This document shows, in pieces, positions 20,693-29,871 of a DNA stretch of 64,000 bases (position 1 is the stretch's first letter; each line of letters starts with the position of its first letter). Origin of the DNA: an uncultured Dehalococcoidia bacterium (GTDB taxonomy: Bacteria > Chloroflexota > Dehalococcoidia > Lucifugimonadales > UBA1127); NCBI GenBank assembly GCA_951812285.1, contig OX638292.1, forward strand, positions 614,774-678,773, in the 5' to 3' direction. Below the pieces are notes generated by a model that was not told the DNA's origin, searched no databases, and saw nothing but the letters and a program-made list of their open reading frames with translations. A program made the translations under genes and the position numbers.

Positions 20693-21483
20693 CGCCGGAC
20701 CTCCTTTGCCTGCCTCTTCTTCCGCCAGCGTTCAACTCTATCCGCAATTATTGCATAGCCGAGCACGGACATGATGGGAAACACGCTGGCAAATGCAATA
20801 AGACCAAACCCGTCGATCAGCGGGCTGCGACCGGGCACGCTCGCGGCGAGGCCCAGCCCCAGCGCGGTGACGACAGGCACGGTCACCGTGGACGTTGTGA
20901 CCCCACCGCTGTCGTAGGCCAGCGGCACTATGGTGCGATTGCTGAGGTACGTCTGGATGATCACGATGACGTACGCGACGACGATGTACCACGGCAGCGG
21001 CGTCCCCGTCACTATGCGGAAGCACCCCAGCGACACGCCGGCCGCGACACCGATGGCAACCGCGATCCGCAGCCCGAGCGCGTTCACCGCGCCGGCCGAG
21101 ACTTCCTCCGCCTTCAGCGCAACGGCGATGAGCGACGGCTCGGCCACCGTTGTCGCGAAGCCGATGGCCGCCGCGAAGCAGTAGATGAGCCAGTAGTCCT
21201 CCCAACGGACGACCTGCACCAGCGCACCGGCGCCCGTGGCGCTCTTCTCGACGAGTTGCTTGGCCATAGTCTCGCCGATGGGGAAGAGCGCCTCCTCCAG
21301 CCCGATGAGGAAAAGCGCCAGCCCCAGCAGCACCATGACGGACCCGGCCGCGATGGCGCGCAAGTTCGGCAGCCTGCGACGCAGTACAGCCACCTGGAAG
21401 AAGACCAGGATGACGACGATGGGAATCACGTCGCGGAGCGTCGTCAGCGTGGTGGTGACGATGACTTCGAGAAATTCGGCCAT
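20689..21483 (-). CDS. DUF1538-family polytopic membrane protein (copy 2)
   Basis: 264 aa from the ATG at 21483, which overlaps the upstream stop in TGATG. The track ORF extends further upstream into the neighbouring gene. Motifs [25 protein letters not shown] and [13 protein letters not shown]. Confidence 0.8.
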   Translation of the reverse strand: MAEFLEVIVTTTLTTLRDVIPIVVILVFFQVAVLRRRLPNLRAIAAGSVMVLLGLALFLIGLEEALFPIGETMAKQLVEKSATGAGALVQVVRWEDYWLIYCFAAAIGFATTVAEPSLIAVALKAEEVSAGAVNALGLRIAVAIGVAAGVSLGCFRIVTGTPLPWYIVVAYVIVIIQTYLSNRTIVPLAYDSGGVTTSTVTVPVVTALGLGLAASVPGRSPLIDGFGLIAFASVFPIMSVLGYAIIADRVERWRKKRQAKEVRR

Positions 21484-22217
21484 CACGTCACCATCCCGTA
21501 GCCGAGCACGCAGATCATGGGCGTCAGGCTCGCGAATGCGATGAGGCCGAAGCCGTCCAGCATCGGGTTGCGACCGCGGATGGTCGTCGCGAGCCCCACG
21601 CCGAGCGCCGTGATGAGCGGGACGGTGATGGTGCTCGTAGTCACCCCACCCGAGTCGTACGCCACGCCGACTATCTCCTCCGGCGCGAAGATGGTCATCA
21701 CCATGACCAGAACGTAGCCGCCGATGATGAAGCGGTGGATGGGCCACCCCTTCACGATGCGCAACACGCCGAGAACGATGGCCAGCCCAACGGAGAACGC
21801 GACGACCAGCCGCAGCTCGAGGGCGTAGGTGTCCCTCGCTGCTTGGCTGGCTTGGATGAAGCCTGCCTCGGCCGCGACGTCGGAGGCCTCGGCCGCGACG
21901 GCGATGAGCGCGGGCTCGGCGACGGTCGTGCCGAAGCCGAGGCAGAAGGCCAATGACAGGAGCGCGGTGACGCTGCCCTTGCGCGCCATGCCCTGCGCCA
22001 GCGCCTCGCCGAGCGGGAAGAGGCCGCTCTCCAGCCCCTGGATAAAAAGCGCTAACCCGAGGACCACAAACACAAGCCCGACCAGGACGTTGACCAGTTC
22101 CGGAAAGGGCTGCTGCAGGACGACAATCTGGAAAAAGGCGATAACGCCAAAGATGGGCGCGAGGTCCCTCAGCGCGCCGAGAACCTGCTTGGACATCGCG
22201 ACAGCGAACTGGGGCAA
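21483..22217 (-). CDS. DUF1538-family polytopic membrane protein (copy 1)
   Basis: 244 aa. Motifs [25 protein letters not shown] and [13 protein letters not shown]. Paralogue of the downstream gene. Confidence 0.8.
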   Translation of the reverse strand: MPQFAVAMSKQVLGALRDLAPIFGVIAFFQIVVLQQPFPELVNVLVGLVFVVLGLALFIQGLESGLFPLGEALAQGMARKGSVTALLSLAFCLGFGTTVAEPALIAVAAEASDVAAEAGFIQASQAARDTYALELRLVVAFSVGLAIVLGVLRIVKGWPIHRFIIGGYVLVMVMTIFAPEEIVGVAYDSGGVTTSTITVPLITALGVGLATTIRGRNPMLDGFGLIAFASLTPMICVLGYGMVT

Positions 22218-22322
22218 ACCACGCTCCTATGGCATGACTCTTCGGGGGAAGGACTTGCGGCGCTGTGCGCAGCTACACCATACGAAGCAAGCGGGAGCGG
22301 GTCAAGGGATGACGTGGGCGTA

Positions 22323-23675
22323 TTACTGCAGCCGCCGCATCGTCGGCGAGAAGATGAGCACGATGGTGGCGATGGCGATGAACGCCAGCGCGAGGATGGA
22401 CAGTCCCGCCGGCGCTCCCCAGTAGTCAGCGATGAGCGTTAGCGGCAATACGCCTATGGGCATGAGCCCCCACATGAGCCCCTGGATGCTCATGACGCGG
22501 CCCCGGTAGGTCGGGTCCACGTACTCGAGCGTCAGGGAGGCCTGCAGCGTCATTCGCGCCGACTGAATGAGGCCGACCACAGCGAGCATCACCAGTCCCA
22601 GGGCAAATACCTGCAGGAATTCCGCGATTGCCGCAAACCCCAGGAGCGTTACTCCCGAAACTATGGCGGAGCCCACCAGCAACCGGCCCCGGTTGCCGGA
22701 CTTCTTCATCCCCGCGACGGCGATGGCGCCGCCCATGCTGCCCAACCCCAGGATCGCGAGCATGAAGCCGAGGCCCGCCTCCTCCACGCTGAAGTTGTCC
22801 CTGGCGAAGAGGGGCATCACAAAGCGGATGGGCGCCATCATCATCACCTGCACGATGCCCATGATCAGGAGCAGCATGATGACCATGTCGCGGCGGATGT
22901 ACTGGAAGCCCAGGACGATGTCGCCGACGGGGCTGCGGCCGGACTTCTCGCCCTCGGGGTAGTGCTTCTTCACCTGAGTCGTGAAGGCGAATGACGCGAT
23001 GTTCATGCACCCGATGAACACGTACAGCATGGCCATGCCCAGCCACCCGGCCAGCGGTCCGGCGATGGCGGGGGCCGCCATCGTGGTCACGCTCATGACG
23101 AGGGCGCTCAGCGCCGCCGCGTTCATGATGAGGTGCCGCGGCACAACCTGCGGCACGATGGCCTGCCGCGCCGGCATCATGAACGGCATGATGCACCCCT
23201 GGATGAATGCGGCGACCATCAGGTGCGTCCAGTGAATGACGTCCGTGTAGATGAGTGCGGCGATGCTCATCGCCATTATGGCGAACAGGATCTGGCTGAC
23301 CTGTATGATGCCGCGCTTCTCCCACCGGTCGACGAAGACTCCGCCGAACAGGCTCAGCGCCAGCCCCGGCACGCCGTTGGCGGCGGTCACGACGCCGAGC
23401 AGCTTGGGGTCGCCGGTGAGGTCGTAGACGTAGAACCCCTGCGCGAAGGCCATCATCTGCATCGCGCCCATCGCCAGCAGCGAGCCGGTCCAGAGGAAGC
23501 GGAACTCCGTATTGCCGAGTGACCGGAATGTGCGCTGCAGCCACGGCCCGCTCTGGTCCGCCTCCATGCCCGGCGGGCCGCCCCATGGGGGCCGGCCGTT
23601 GGAAGCGCCGGCGGCGGTCTGTGGCGGCGGGGAGTCTGCGGGTCCGGTTGTTGGTCCTGTGGTCATGGATTCCAT
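22323..23675 (-). CDS. MFS transporter
   Basis: 450 aa, about 12 TM segments, with the MFS loop motif GGVFVDRWEKRG between TM2 and TM3. Confidence 0.85.
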   Translation of the reverse strand: MESMTTGPTTGPADSPPPQTAAGASNGRPPWGGPPGMEADQSGPWLQRTFRSLGNTEFRFLWTGSLLAMGAMQMMAFAQGFYVYDLTGDPKLLGVVTAANGVPGLALSLFGGVFVDRWEKRGIIQVSQILFAIMAMSIAALIYTDVIHWTHLMVAAFIQGCIMPFMMPARQAIVPQVVPRHLIMNAAALSALVMSVTTMAAPAIAGPLAGWLGMAMLYVFIGCMNIASFAFTTQVKKHYPEGEKSGRSPVGDIVLGFQYIRRDMVIMLLLIMGIVQVMMMAPIRFVMPLFARDNFSVEEAGLGFMLAILGLGSMGGAIAVAGMKKSGNRGRLLVGSAIVSGVTLLGFAAIAEFLQVFALGLVMLAVVGLIQSARMTLQASLTLEYVDPTYRGRVMSIQGLMWGLMPIGVLPLTLIADYWGAPAGLSILALAFIAIATIVLIFSPTMRRLQ

Positions 23676-23700
23676 TCAATGTACGGCTGTGATGCAAAGA

Positions 23701-23725
23701 GGCCCCGCCACAGGCGGGCGGGGCC
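23701..23725 (-). terminator. Intercistronic hairpin (possible attenuator or terminator) between the Rieske and MFS genes
   Basis: GGCCCCGCC / GGCGGGGCC 9-bp stem. On the minus strand it is followed by TCTTTGCATC. Confidence 0.4.
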
Positions 23726-23749
23726 CCTCAGCTTCAATCAGCGTTCAGT

Positions 23750-25051
23750 CTAGGCGTTCGCTGCCTCCAGAACGGGGCGGCGGGACGTCATGCGGTGCTC
23801 CTTCAGCTCCTTGACCGCCTCGTCGACGGGGAAGTCGCTGGGGTAGAACTTGCGAACGGTGCGGGCCTTGTAGGCGTCGGGCTTGGTCGGCTCCGTGGGG
23901 TCCTCGCCCTCCATGAGCCTGCGCGCCGTGCGGATGAGGCGCTGCCGGACGCGAATGATGCCCTCGTCGGAGCGCACCAGGTGCTCCTTTTCGCGCTCGG
24001 CGATGGGGCCCCACTGGTCCTCCATCATCGCGATGTCCTGCAGCGGGAAGTTCTTGATGCCCGTGAACGAGTAGTTCTTCTGCGCGATCCGGTCGACCTG
24101 GTAGTCGTTCTGCATGTTCGCGATGGGGTAGAACGAGCCGGGGACGAGCTCCGGGTGCGTGAACTGCCCGTACTTGTACTCGGCCAGCTCGTAGTCGGGG
24201 ATGGGGTCGTAGCTCCAGCGCAGCCGGAAGAACATGCAGTTCTCGTCGTCGATGGGCACGCGCATGTTGCTCGAGATGATGCCCGGCCCGGCGATGCCCG
24301 CCGTGCAGAAGATCGGCATCATCCAGTGGCCGAGGCTCAACAGCTTCCCGCGCTCCGCGTTGCCGCTGGAGACGAACTCGATGCCGCCGTCCGTGTCCTC
24401 GATGTCCACGTAGAGCTGTCGCGGGTCCTGGAAGGTGTTGCCGACCTGGCTCACTTGCAGCGCCCGGTTGGACGCGTTGTTGTCGAGAGTCGAGTGCAGG
24501 TAGACGGCGTGGCTCGGGTCGTAGTCGCCCTCCATGCCCTGCAGGTAGTTGCACTGGAGGATGAACTTCATCAGGTAGCGGTTCTCCTCCGGCTGGTCCA
24601 GCCAGTCGAAGCCGGGCATTGGGGGCTGCTTGTCCTTGGGGCCCATGTAGGCCCAGACGAGCCCGCCGCGCTCGACGGCCGGGTACGACTTGATCTGCAC
24701 CTTGTCCTTGTACGTCTCGCCCTCAGGGCTGTTGGGCAGGTCGACGCAGTTGCCGTCGACGTCGAACTTCCAGCCGTGGTACACGCAGCGGATGCCGCAC
24801 TCCTCGTTGCGCCCGAAGAACAGGGGCGCGCCGCGGTGCGGGCAGTAGGAGTCGACGAGTCCGACGCGGCCCTCGGTGTCCCTGAACCCGATGAGCTTCT
24901 CATTGAGGACGGTGACCCGCACCGGCGTGCTGTCGGCGTTGGGGACCTCCTCGGCCAACATCACGGGCAGCCAGAAGCGCCGAAAGAGCTCGCCCATAGG
25001 CGTGCCGGGGCCAACTTGCGTGATCAGATCGTTGTCATCCTTGGTGAGCAT
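23750..25051 (-). CDS. Rieske non-heme iron oxygenase alpha subunit (phthalate-dioxygenase-like, alpha-only class)
   Basis: 433 aa from the ATG at 25051 (SD AAGGAGGA). Rieske site CPHRGAPLFFGRNEECGIRCVYHGWKF. Mononuclear Fe site EGDYDPSHAVYLHS. Confidence 0.9.
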   Translation of the reverse strand: MLTKDDNDLITQVGPGTPMGELFRRFWLPVMLAEEVPNADSTPVRVTVLNEKLIGFRDTEGRVGLVDSYCPHRGAPLFFGRNEECGIRCVYHGWKFDVDGNCVDLPNSPEGETYKDKVQIKSYPAVERGGLVWAYMGPKDKQPPMPGFDWLDQPEENRYLMKFILQCNYLQGMEGDYDPSHAVYLHSTLDNNASNRALQVSQVGNTFQDPRQLYVDIEDTDGGIEFVSSGNAERGKLLSLGHWMMPIFCTAGIAGPGIISSNMRVPIDDENCMFFRLRWSYDPIPDYELAEYKYGQFTHPELVPGSFYPIANMQNDYQVDRIAQKNYSFTGIKNFPLQDIAMMEDQWGPIAEREKEHLVRSDEGIIRVRQRLIRTARRLMEGEDPTEPTKPDAYKARTVRKFYPSDFPVDEAVKELKEHRMTSRRPVLEAANA

Positions 25052-25170
25052 CCACTGTCCTCCTTGGTATTCTTGGCCCCGCGAACGCACCCGCAACCGC
25101 TGGGCAAAGCATCACGGAAAGCATAGCAATATGCGATTCCGTTGGCAACGGAACGGGGAAGAGCTCCCCC

Positions 25171-26952
25171 CTAGACCACCTGCGTGTACATGTCGACCAG
25201 CGCCACGCGGCCCTCGTTGACGACGGCGTCCACTGCGCGGCGGAACGCCGGCTGCAGCTCCTCCGCCCGCTCGATGGGGCCCTCCGCGTAAGCGCCGAAA
25301 GAGCGGGCCAGCCCCGCGAAGTCCACCACAGGGTCGTCGATGTCGATGCCGATGGTGCGCCGCTCCATGGGCCGGCCGCGCACCTGCGCCATCGAGCCCT
25401 GGTGGCCGAGGTCGTTGCCGTACGTGCGGTTGTTGTACATGACGATGAGCAGCGGAATGCGGTGGTGCACGGCCGTCCAGATTGCCGCGGGCGTGAAGAG
25501 CATGTCGCCGTCCGATTGGATGTTGATGGTGAGCCGCCCCTTATCGCGGTTGGCCAGCGCCACGCCGACCGCGTGCGGCAGCCCCTCGCCGAGGCCGCCG
25601 CCCCCGCGCGCGCTCACGTCCTGGTACGGGTGCTTGATGTCCCACAGCCGCTGCACCCACCCGCGCAGGTCGCCGTTGCCGACGACCCAGTCGTAGTCCT
25701 TCACGACGTCCCATAGCTCCTGCGCGATGGTCGAGAGCGCCAGCGGGTGGTCCTCGTAGTGCGCCTGTGCGGTCGACTGGTTCCGTGCCAGCGCCGCCTC
25801 GCTCAACTGCGCGATGCGCTCGCGCCGCGCCGTGATCGCGGCCGCGCTCCCCGCGGCGTCGTCCAGCCGCCGCTGCACCAGGTCGGCGAGCGCCGGCGTT
25901 GCGAGCGACGTGTCTGCCGCGACTGACATGGCCGTCGGGTACAGGCTGCCGTGGTCGTCGGCCCAGCTCTTCACCTGGAGCTGCCGCAGCGAGATGTCGA
26001 TGAGCATGGCGTCCGGGCGAAGGATGTCCTCCGTCTTCCGCGTGGCCCGGTCCAGCCGCGTCAGCTCCTGCTGCAGGTCGTACACGTCCAGCGCGAGGAC
26101 CACGTCGGCCTCGGACAACAGCTCCTCACGGCTCTCGGAGGAGTAGAGGGGGTGGCGAGTCGGGAAGTTGAAGAAGTCGCCGCCGTTGATGACCGGCAGC
26201 GCGAGGCTCTCGGCCAGCCGCAGCAGCCCCTGCGCGGCCTCCTCCGAGCGGCCGAGGAAGTTCGCGAGCACCACAGGTCGCTCCGCCGCCATGAGGGCGC
26301 TTGCCACCTGCTCCAGCGCCGCCGGGTCCGCCTGCATCCGCGTCGGCGCGGGGAATCGCGAGACGTCGGGCAACTGGTACGGCTCGGTCAGCTTCTTCTC
26401 CTGCACGTCGGCGTCAAAGCAGACGTAGACGGGCCCCAGAGGCTCCGATGTGACGAGGTTGTACGCGCGGATGAGCGACTCGACGGAGGCCTCGACGCTG
26501 GAGGGCTGGTCGTCCCACTTCACGAAGTTGCGGACGGCTTCGCCCTGCACGTTGGCCGTGTGGATCCAGTCGATCCACGGCCGACGGTGGTTCGCGTCGA
26601 GGGGGCCCGTCGCGCCGAGCACCAGCACGCCGGATCGCCCCATCCACGCGTTGAACATTGCCATCGACGCGTGCAGCAGCCCGACAATGTCGTGCACGAA
26701 TGCCGCCATCGGCTTGCCCGCCGCGCGCCCGTACCCCTGCGCGAGGGCGACCGCGATCTCCTCGTGGTTGCAGAGGATGAACTCCGGCCACTCGTTGCCG
26801 AGGTGGTTGACCACCGAGTCGTGGATGCCTCGGAATGTGGCCCCCGGGTTCATCGAGACGTACTCGATGCCCAGGGCGCGCAGCGTGTCCACGATGACGT
26901 CCGAGCCGTACTCGGTGGGCGCAAGACCGTTCTGGCGGGGGTCTGATGTCAT
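25171..26952 (-). CDS. Thiamine-diphosphate-dependent enzyme (acetolactate synthase / benzoylformate decarboxylase superfamily)
   Basis: 593 aa. TPP-binding motif SDGDMLFTPAAIWTAVHHRIPLLIVMYNNRTYGN. The N-terminal Pyr domain has the conserved E (NHEEIAVALAQGY). Confidence 0.85.
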   Translation of the reverse strand: MTSDPRQNGLAPTEYGSDVIVDTLRALGIEYVSMNPGATFRGIHDSVVNHLGNEWPEFILCNHEEIAVALAQGYGRAAGKPMAAFVHDIVGLLHASMAMFNAWMGRSGVLVLGATGPLDANHRRPWIDWIHTANVQGEAVRNFVKWDDQPSSVEASVESLIRAYNLVTSEPLGPVYVCFDADVQEKKLTEPYQLPDVSRFPAPTRMQADPAALEQVASALMAAERPVVLANFLGRSEEAAQGLLRLAESLALPVINGGDFFNFPTRHPLYSSESREELLSEADVVLALDVYDLQQELTRLDRATRKTEDILRPDAMLIDISLRQLQVKSWADDHGSLYPTAMSVAADTSLATPALADLVQRRLDDAAGSAAAITARRERIAQLSEAALARNQSTAQAHYEDHPLALSTIAQELWDVVKDYDWVVGNGDLRGWVQRLWDIKHPYQDVSARGGGGLGEGLPHAVGVALANRDKGRLTINIQSDGDMLFTPAAIWTAVHHRIPLLIVMYNNRTYGNDLGHQGSMAQVRGRPMERRTIGIDIDDPVVDFAGLARSFGAYAEGPIERAEELQPAFRRAVDAVVNEGRVALVDMYTQVV

Positions 26953-26971
26953 GGAGGCCTCCCGGTGTTGT

Positions 26972-28156
26972 TTAGTCGTCGTCCAGGTGGAAGAAGCGTA
27001 CCGCGTTGTCCGCCACCATGAGCTGCCGCTCCTCGTCCGGCACGCCGCGGAAATTCCAGTCCATCGTGTTCTTGGAGTCCGGCCAGTCCGACTCCTGGTG
27101 CGGGAAGTCCGACGCCCAGATGAGGTGGTCGACGCCCATGTGGTGGCGCAACTCCACGCCGGAGCGGTCCTGCTGGAAACCCCAGATGCAGTGCTCGCGA
27201 ATGTACTCGCTCGGCGGCCGCTTCAACGGCTGGAATCCGAGCAGCCTGCTGGCCCAGTGCACATGCCGCCCGTAACGCACGTCCGCCATCTCCATGAAGA
27301 ACGGCACCCAGCCGATCTGGTTCTCTGCCCAAAAGATCCTAAGGTCCGGGAAGCGGTCGAAGACGCCGGACAGCACCATCTGCACGATGTTCACCGACCC
27401 CGCGCGTCCGAAGCGGCTCACCTGCTCGACCATGCCGCCCGTCGGGCCGAGATACGGCACGACATCCGCCGGCTCCTGCGCGTACTTGAAGCTGTGGAGC
27501 GGCCCCGTTGGGCCCCTGCCCCGGTCGAAGTCGATGTGGACGGTGATGGGCATGCCGATGTCGAGGGCCTCCGCGTAGAAGCGGTCGTCCTCCGGCGTCG
27601 GGTAGCCGAGCCCGCTCGGGAAGCCGCCGAGCACGATGCCCCGCAGGCCCAGCCTCCGGCAATGCCTCAGCTCATCCAGCGCCTCCTCGACGCCGCAGAA
27701 CGGGATGATGCCGAGGCCGATGAGCCGGTCGGGGGCGTGCGAGCAGTAGTCCTCGGCCAGCCAGTCGTTGTAGGCGCGGAGGACGGCGCAGTATGCGGCA
27801 TCGTCCTCGATGCTGCGCCAGAGCCGCGGACCGCCGGCCTGGTTGGGGAAGAGCACCTCGGCGTCCAGCCCGTCGCGCTCCTGCTCTTGCAGCCGCTGCT
27901 CCGGCGAGCCCGTGCCGTTGGTGTCGGCGTACGTCTGCCCGTAGGGCTGCCAGATGTCGCGGCCCTTCCCGCCGTACAGGTCGAATGCGACCTCGCGCGG
28001 TGTCGCGCCGGGCACCACCCACGCGTCGCCGCCCGTGACCTGCCGCTCGAGCCGGGGCACCAGCTCCTGGTACTCCGACGGTACGCGGGTCGTCCATCGC
28101 TCCGGCGCCACCTCGAGGTGGGAGTCGCCTGACATCACTCGATACTTTGTGCTCAT
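26972..28156 (-). CDS. Amidohydrolase_2 family protein (ACMSD/LigW-type decarboxylase or hydratase)
   Basis: 394 aa. N-terminal DSHLE metal site and C-terminal WASDFPHQES motif, typical of amidohydrolase_2. Confidence 0.8.
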   Translation of the reverse strand: MSTKYRVMSGDSHLEVAPERWTTRVPSEYQELVPRLERQVTGGDAWVVPGATPREVAFDLYGGKGRDIWQPYGQTYADTNGTGSPEQRLQEQERDGLDAEVLFPNQAGGPRLWRSIEDDAAYCAVLRAYNDWLAEDYCSHAPDRLIGLGIIPFCGVEEALDELRHCRRLGLRGIVLGGFPSGLGYPTPEDDRFYAEALDIGMPITVHIDFDRGRGPTGPLHSFKYAQEPADVVPYLGPTGGMVEQVSRFGRAGSVNIVQMVLSGVFDRFPDLRIFWAENQIGWVPFFMEMADVRYGRHVHWASRLLGFQPLKRPPSEYIREHCIWGFQQDRSGVELRHHMGVDHLIWASDFPHQESDWPDSKNTMDWNFRGVPDEERQLMVADNAVRFFHLDDD

Positions 28157-28165
28157 GACACCCTC

Positions 28166-28660
28166 CTACGAAACCGCCCCCGCGTGCTCCGGCAGCGGGT
28201 CGTCGAAGGTGAACGGGAAGTCGAGGTCGCCGCGGCCCGCCAGGAACAACTCCCGCGCGCGGGGGTATTCGTAATAGACCTCCAGCGTGTTGCCGTCGGG
28301 GTCGTGGAAGTAGAGGCTGCGCTGGCTGACATGGTCGATCATGCGCCGCACCTCGACGCCGTCCGCGACGAGGCTCTCGTACGACTCCCGCAGCGCCTCG
28401 TAGCTGCCGACCTTGAAGGCGATGTGCAGCACGCCGACGCCGTCCTGCTGTCCCACGGGCGGCGTCGCGCTCTCGGGGTCGCCGACCTGCGAGAGGTCGA
28501 TGGTGTGGCCGTCGCCGGGCAGGCTCAGGAAGACGCCGCCGTGCTCCGGGTCCTGCTCCATCATCTGGAATCCCAGCACTTCCGTGTAGAACTTCTTGGA
28601 GCGCTCCACGTCGCGCACCTTGATGAGGCAGTGGCCAATCCGCTCCAGCTTCACCGGCAT
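28166..28660 (-). CDS. VOC (glyoxalase / extradiol dioxygenase) family protein
   Basis: 164 aa. IGHCLIKVRDVERSKKFYTEVLGF...HIAFKV...YFHDPDGNTLEV. Confidence 0.85.
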   Translation of the reverse strand: MPVKLERIGHCLIKVRDVERSKKFYTEVLGFQMMEQDPEHGGVFLSLPGDGHTIDLSQVGDPESATPPVGQQDGVGVLHIAFKVGSYEALRESYESLVADGVEVRRMIDHVSQRSLYFHDPDGNTLEVYYEYPRARELFLAGRGDLDFPFTFDDPLPEHAGAVS

Positions 28661-28676
28661 GACAACCTCCTTGCCC

Positions 28677-29723
28677 CTATCGCAGTTCGGGGGCGACCTT
28701 CTCGCAGAAGAGCCTCAGGGAGCGCTCGATGCGCTCAGGCGGGACCATTTCGCCTGCGTTGAACTCTGCCACGACCTCCGTGAGGTGCAACGCCTCCCGG
28801 AGCTTGCTCAGCTGCTCGACGACCATCTCTGGCGTGCCGACGGCGACCTTCTCTCGCTGCACGTCCTCCCACGTCATCGAGGCGATGCTTGCCGCGCGCT
28901 CCGACCGCATTTCCGCCGCCGTCCCGGCGCCGGCCTGCTCGTCCTCGACCAGCCGCCGCTGCAGCCGGCGGAACTGCCGCATGAAACTCTCCTCCGGCTC
29001 GGTGAGCGCGGCCTCGCGGTCCTCGGCGATGTACACGGGGATGCGCAGTGAGACGTCCATGGGCGCCTCGTGGGCGGCCTCCTTGTACGCCTTCTTGTAG
29101 CTCGCTACCTGCTCGGTCACGCCGTCGAGCGGCACCGTCCGCAGGCCGACGAGGAGTGGGTAGCCCATCTTGCCGTTCACCGGAAACGTCTCGTTGGTGG
29201 TCGCCGCGATGCGGATGGGCGGGTGAGGAGACTGCACGGGCTTCGGGATGACACAGACGTCCTCGTAGCTGTAGTACTCGCCGCTGTAGCTGAACCGCTC
29301 GTTGGTCCACGCCATCGTGATGACGTCGAGGGCCTCCCGGAACCGGTCGCGGCTCTCCGAGTAGGGGATCCCGTACCCCTGATACGCCGCCTGAAACCCG
29401 CTGCGGCCCACGCCGAACTCGAAACGGCCGTCGCTGACGTGGTCGAGCGTGGCGCCTTCCTCGGCGACGCGAAGGGGGTTCGACAGCGGCAGCACGAGGA
29501 CCGACGTGCCGATCGTGATGCGCTTGGTGCGCCCGGCGATGGCCGCGCCCACCATCATGGGGGACGAGATGACGCGGTTGGGCGTGAAGTGGAACTCCGC
29601 GAGACAGATGGTGTCGAGACCGAGGTCCTCCGCCATGTCCACGTGTGAGAACGCCTTGGCATAGGCCTCCGCCGGGTCACCGCCCTCCGCCATGGAGAAT
29701 TCCACGAAGGAACCGAATCGCAT
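28677..29723 (-). CDS. Luciferase-like (LLM) flavin-dependent monooxygenase
   Basis: 348 aa. LAEFHF...LPLSNPLRVAEEGATLDHVSDGRFEFGVGRSG is the typical LLM TIM-barrel signature. Confidence 0.85.
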   Translation of the reverse strand: MRFGSFVEFSMAEGGDPAEAYAKAFSHVDMAEDLGLDTICLAEFHFTPNRVISSPMMVGAAIAGRTKRITIGTSVLVLPLSNPLRVAEEGATLDHVSDGRFEFGVGRSGFQAAYQGYGIPYSESRDRFREALDVITMAWTNERFSYSGEYYSYEDVCVIPKPVQSPHPPIRIAATTNETFPVNGKMGYPLLVGLRTVPLDGVTEQVASYKKAYKEAAHEAPMDVSLRIPVYIAEDREAALTEPEESFMRQFRRLQRRLVEDEQAGAGTAAEMRSERAASIASMTWEDVQREKVAVGTPEMVVEQLSKLREALHLTEVVAEFNAGEMVPPERIERSLRLFCEKVAPELR

Positions 29724-29871
29724 AACGCCCCCTTGTTCAGGGTCGGGTCGCGGGTTTGTCGCATCATATCCGCACGGCTTGGGGGCGGCAAGGGTTGCGG
29801 CGACATGGTGATATACTGGCGCAGTCTTTCAACCCCGTGCTGTAGAAACACTCTCAGAGGAGCCCTGCGCC

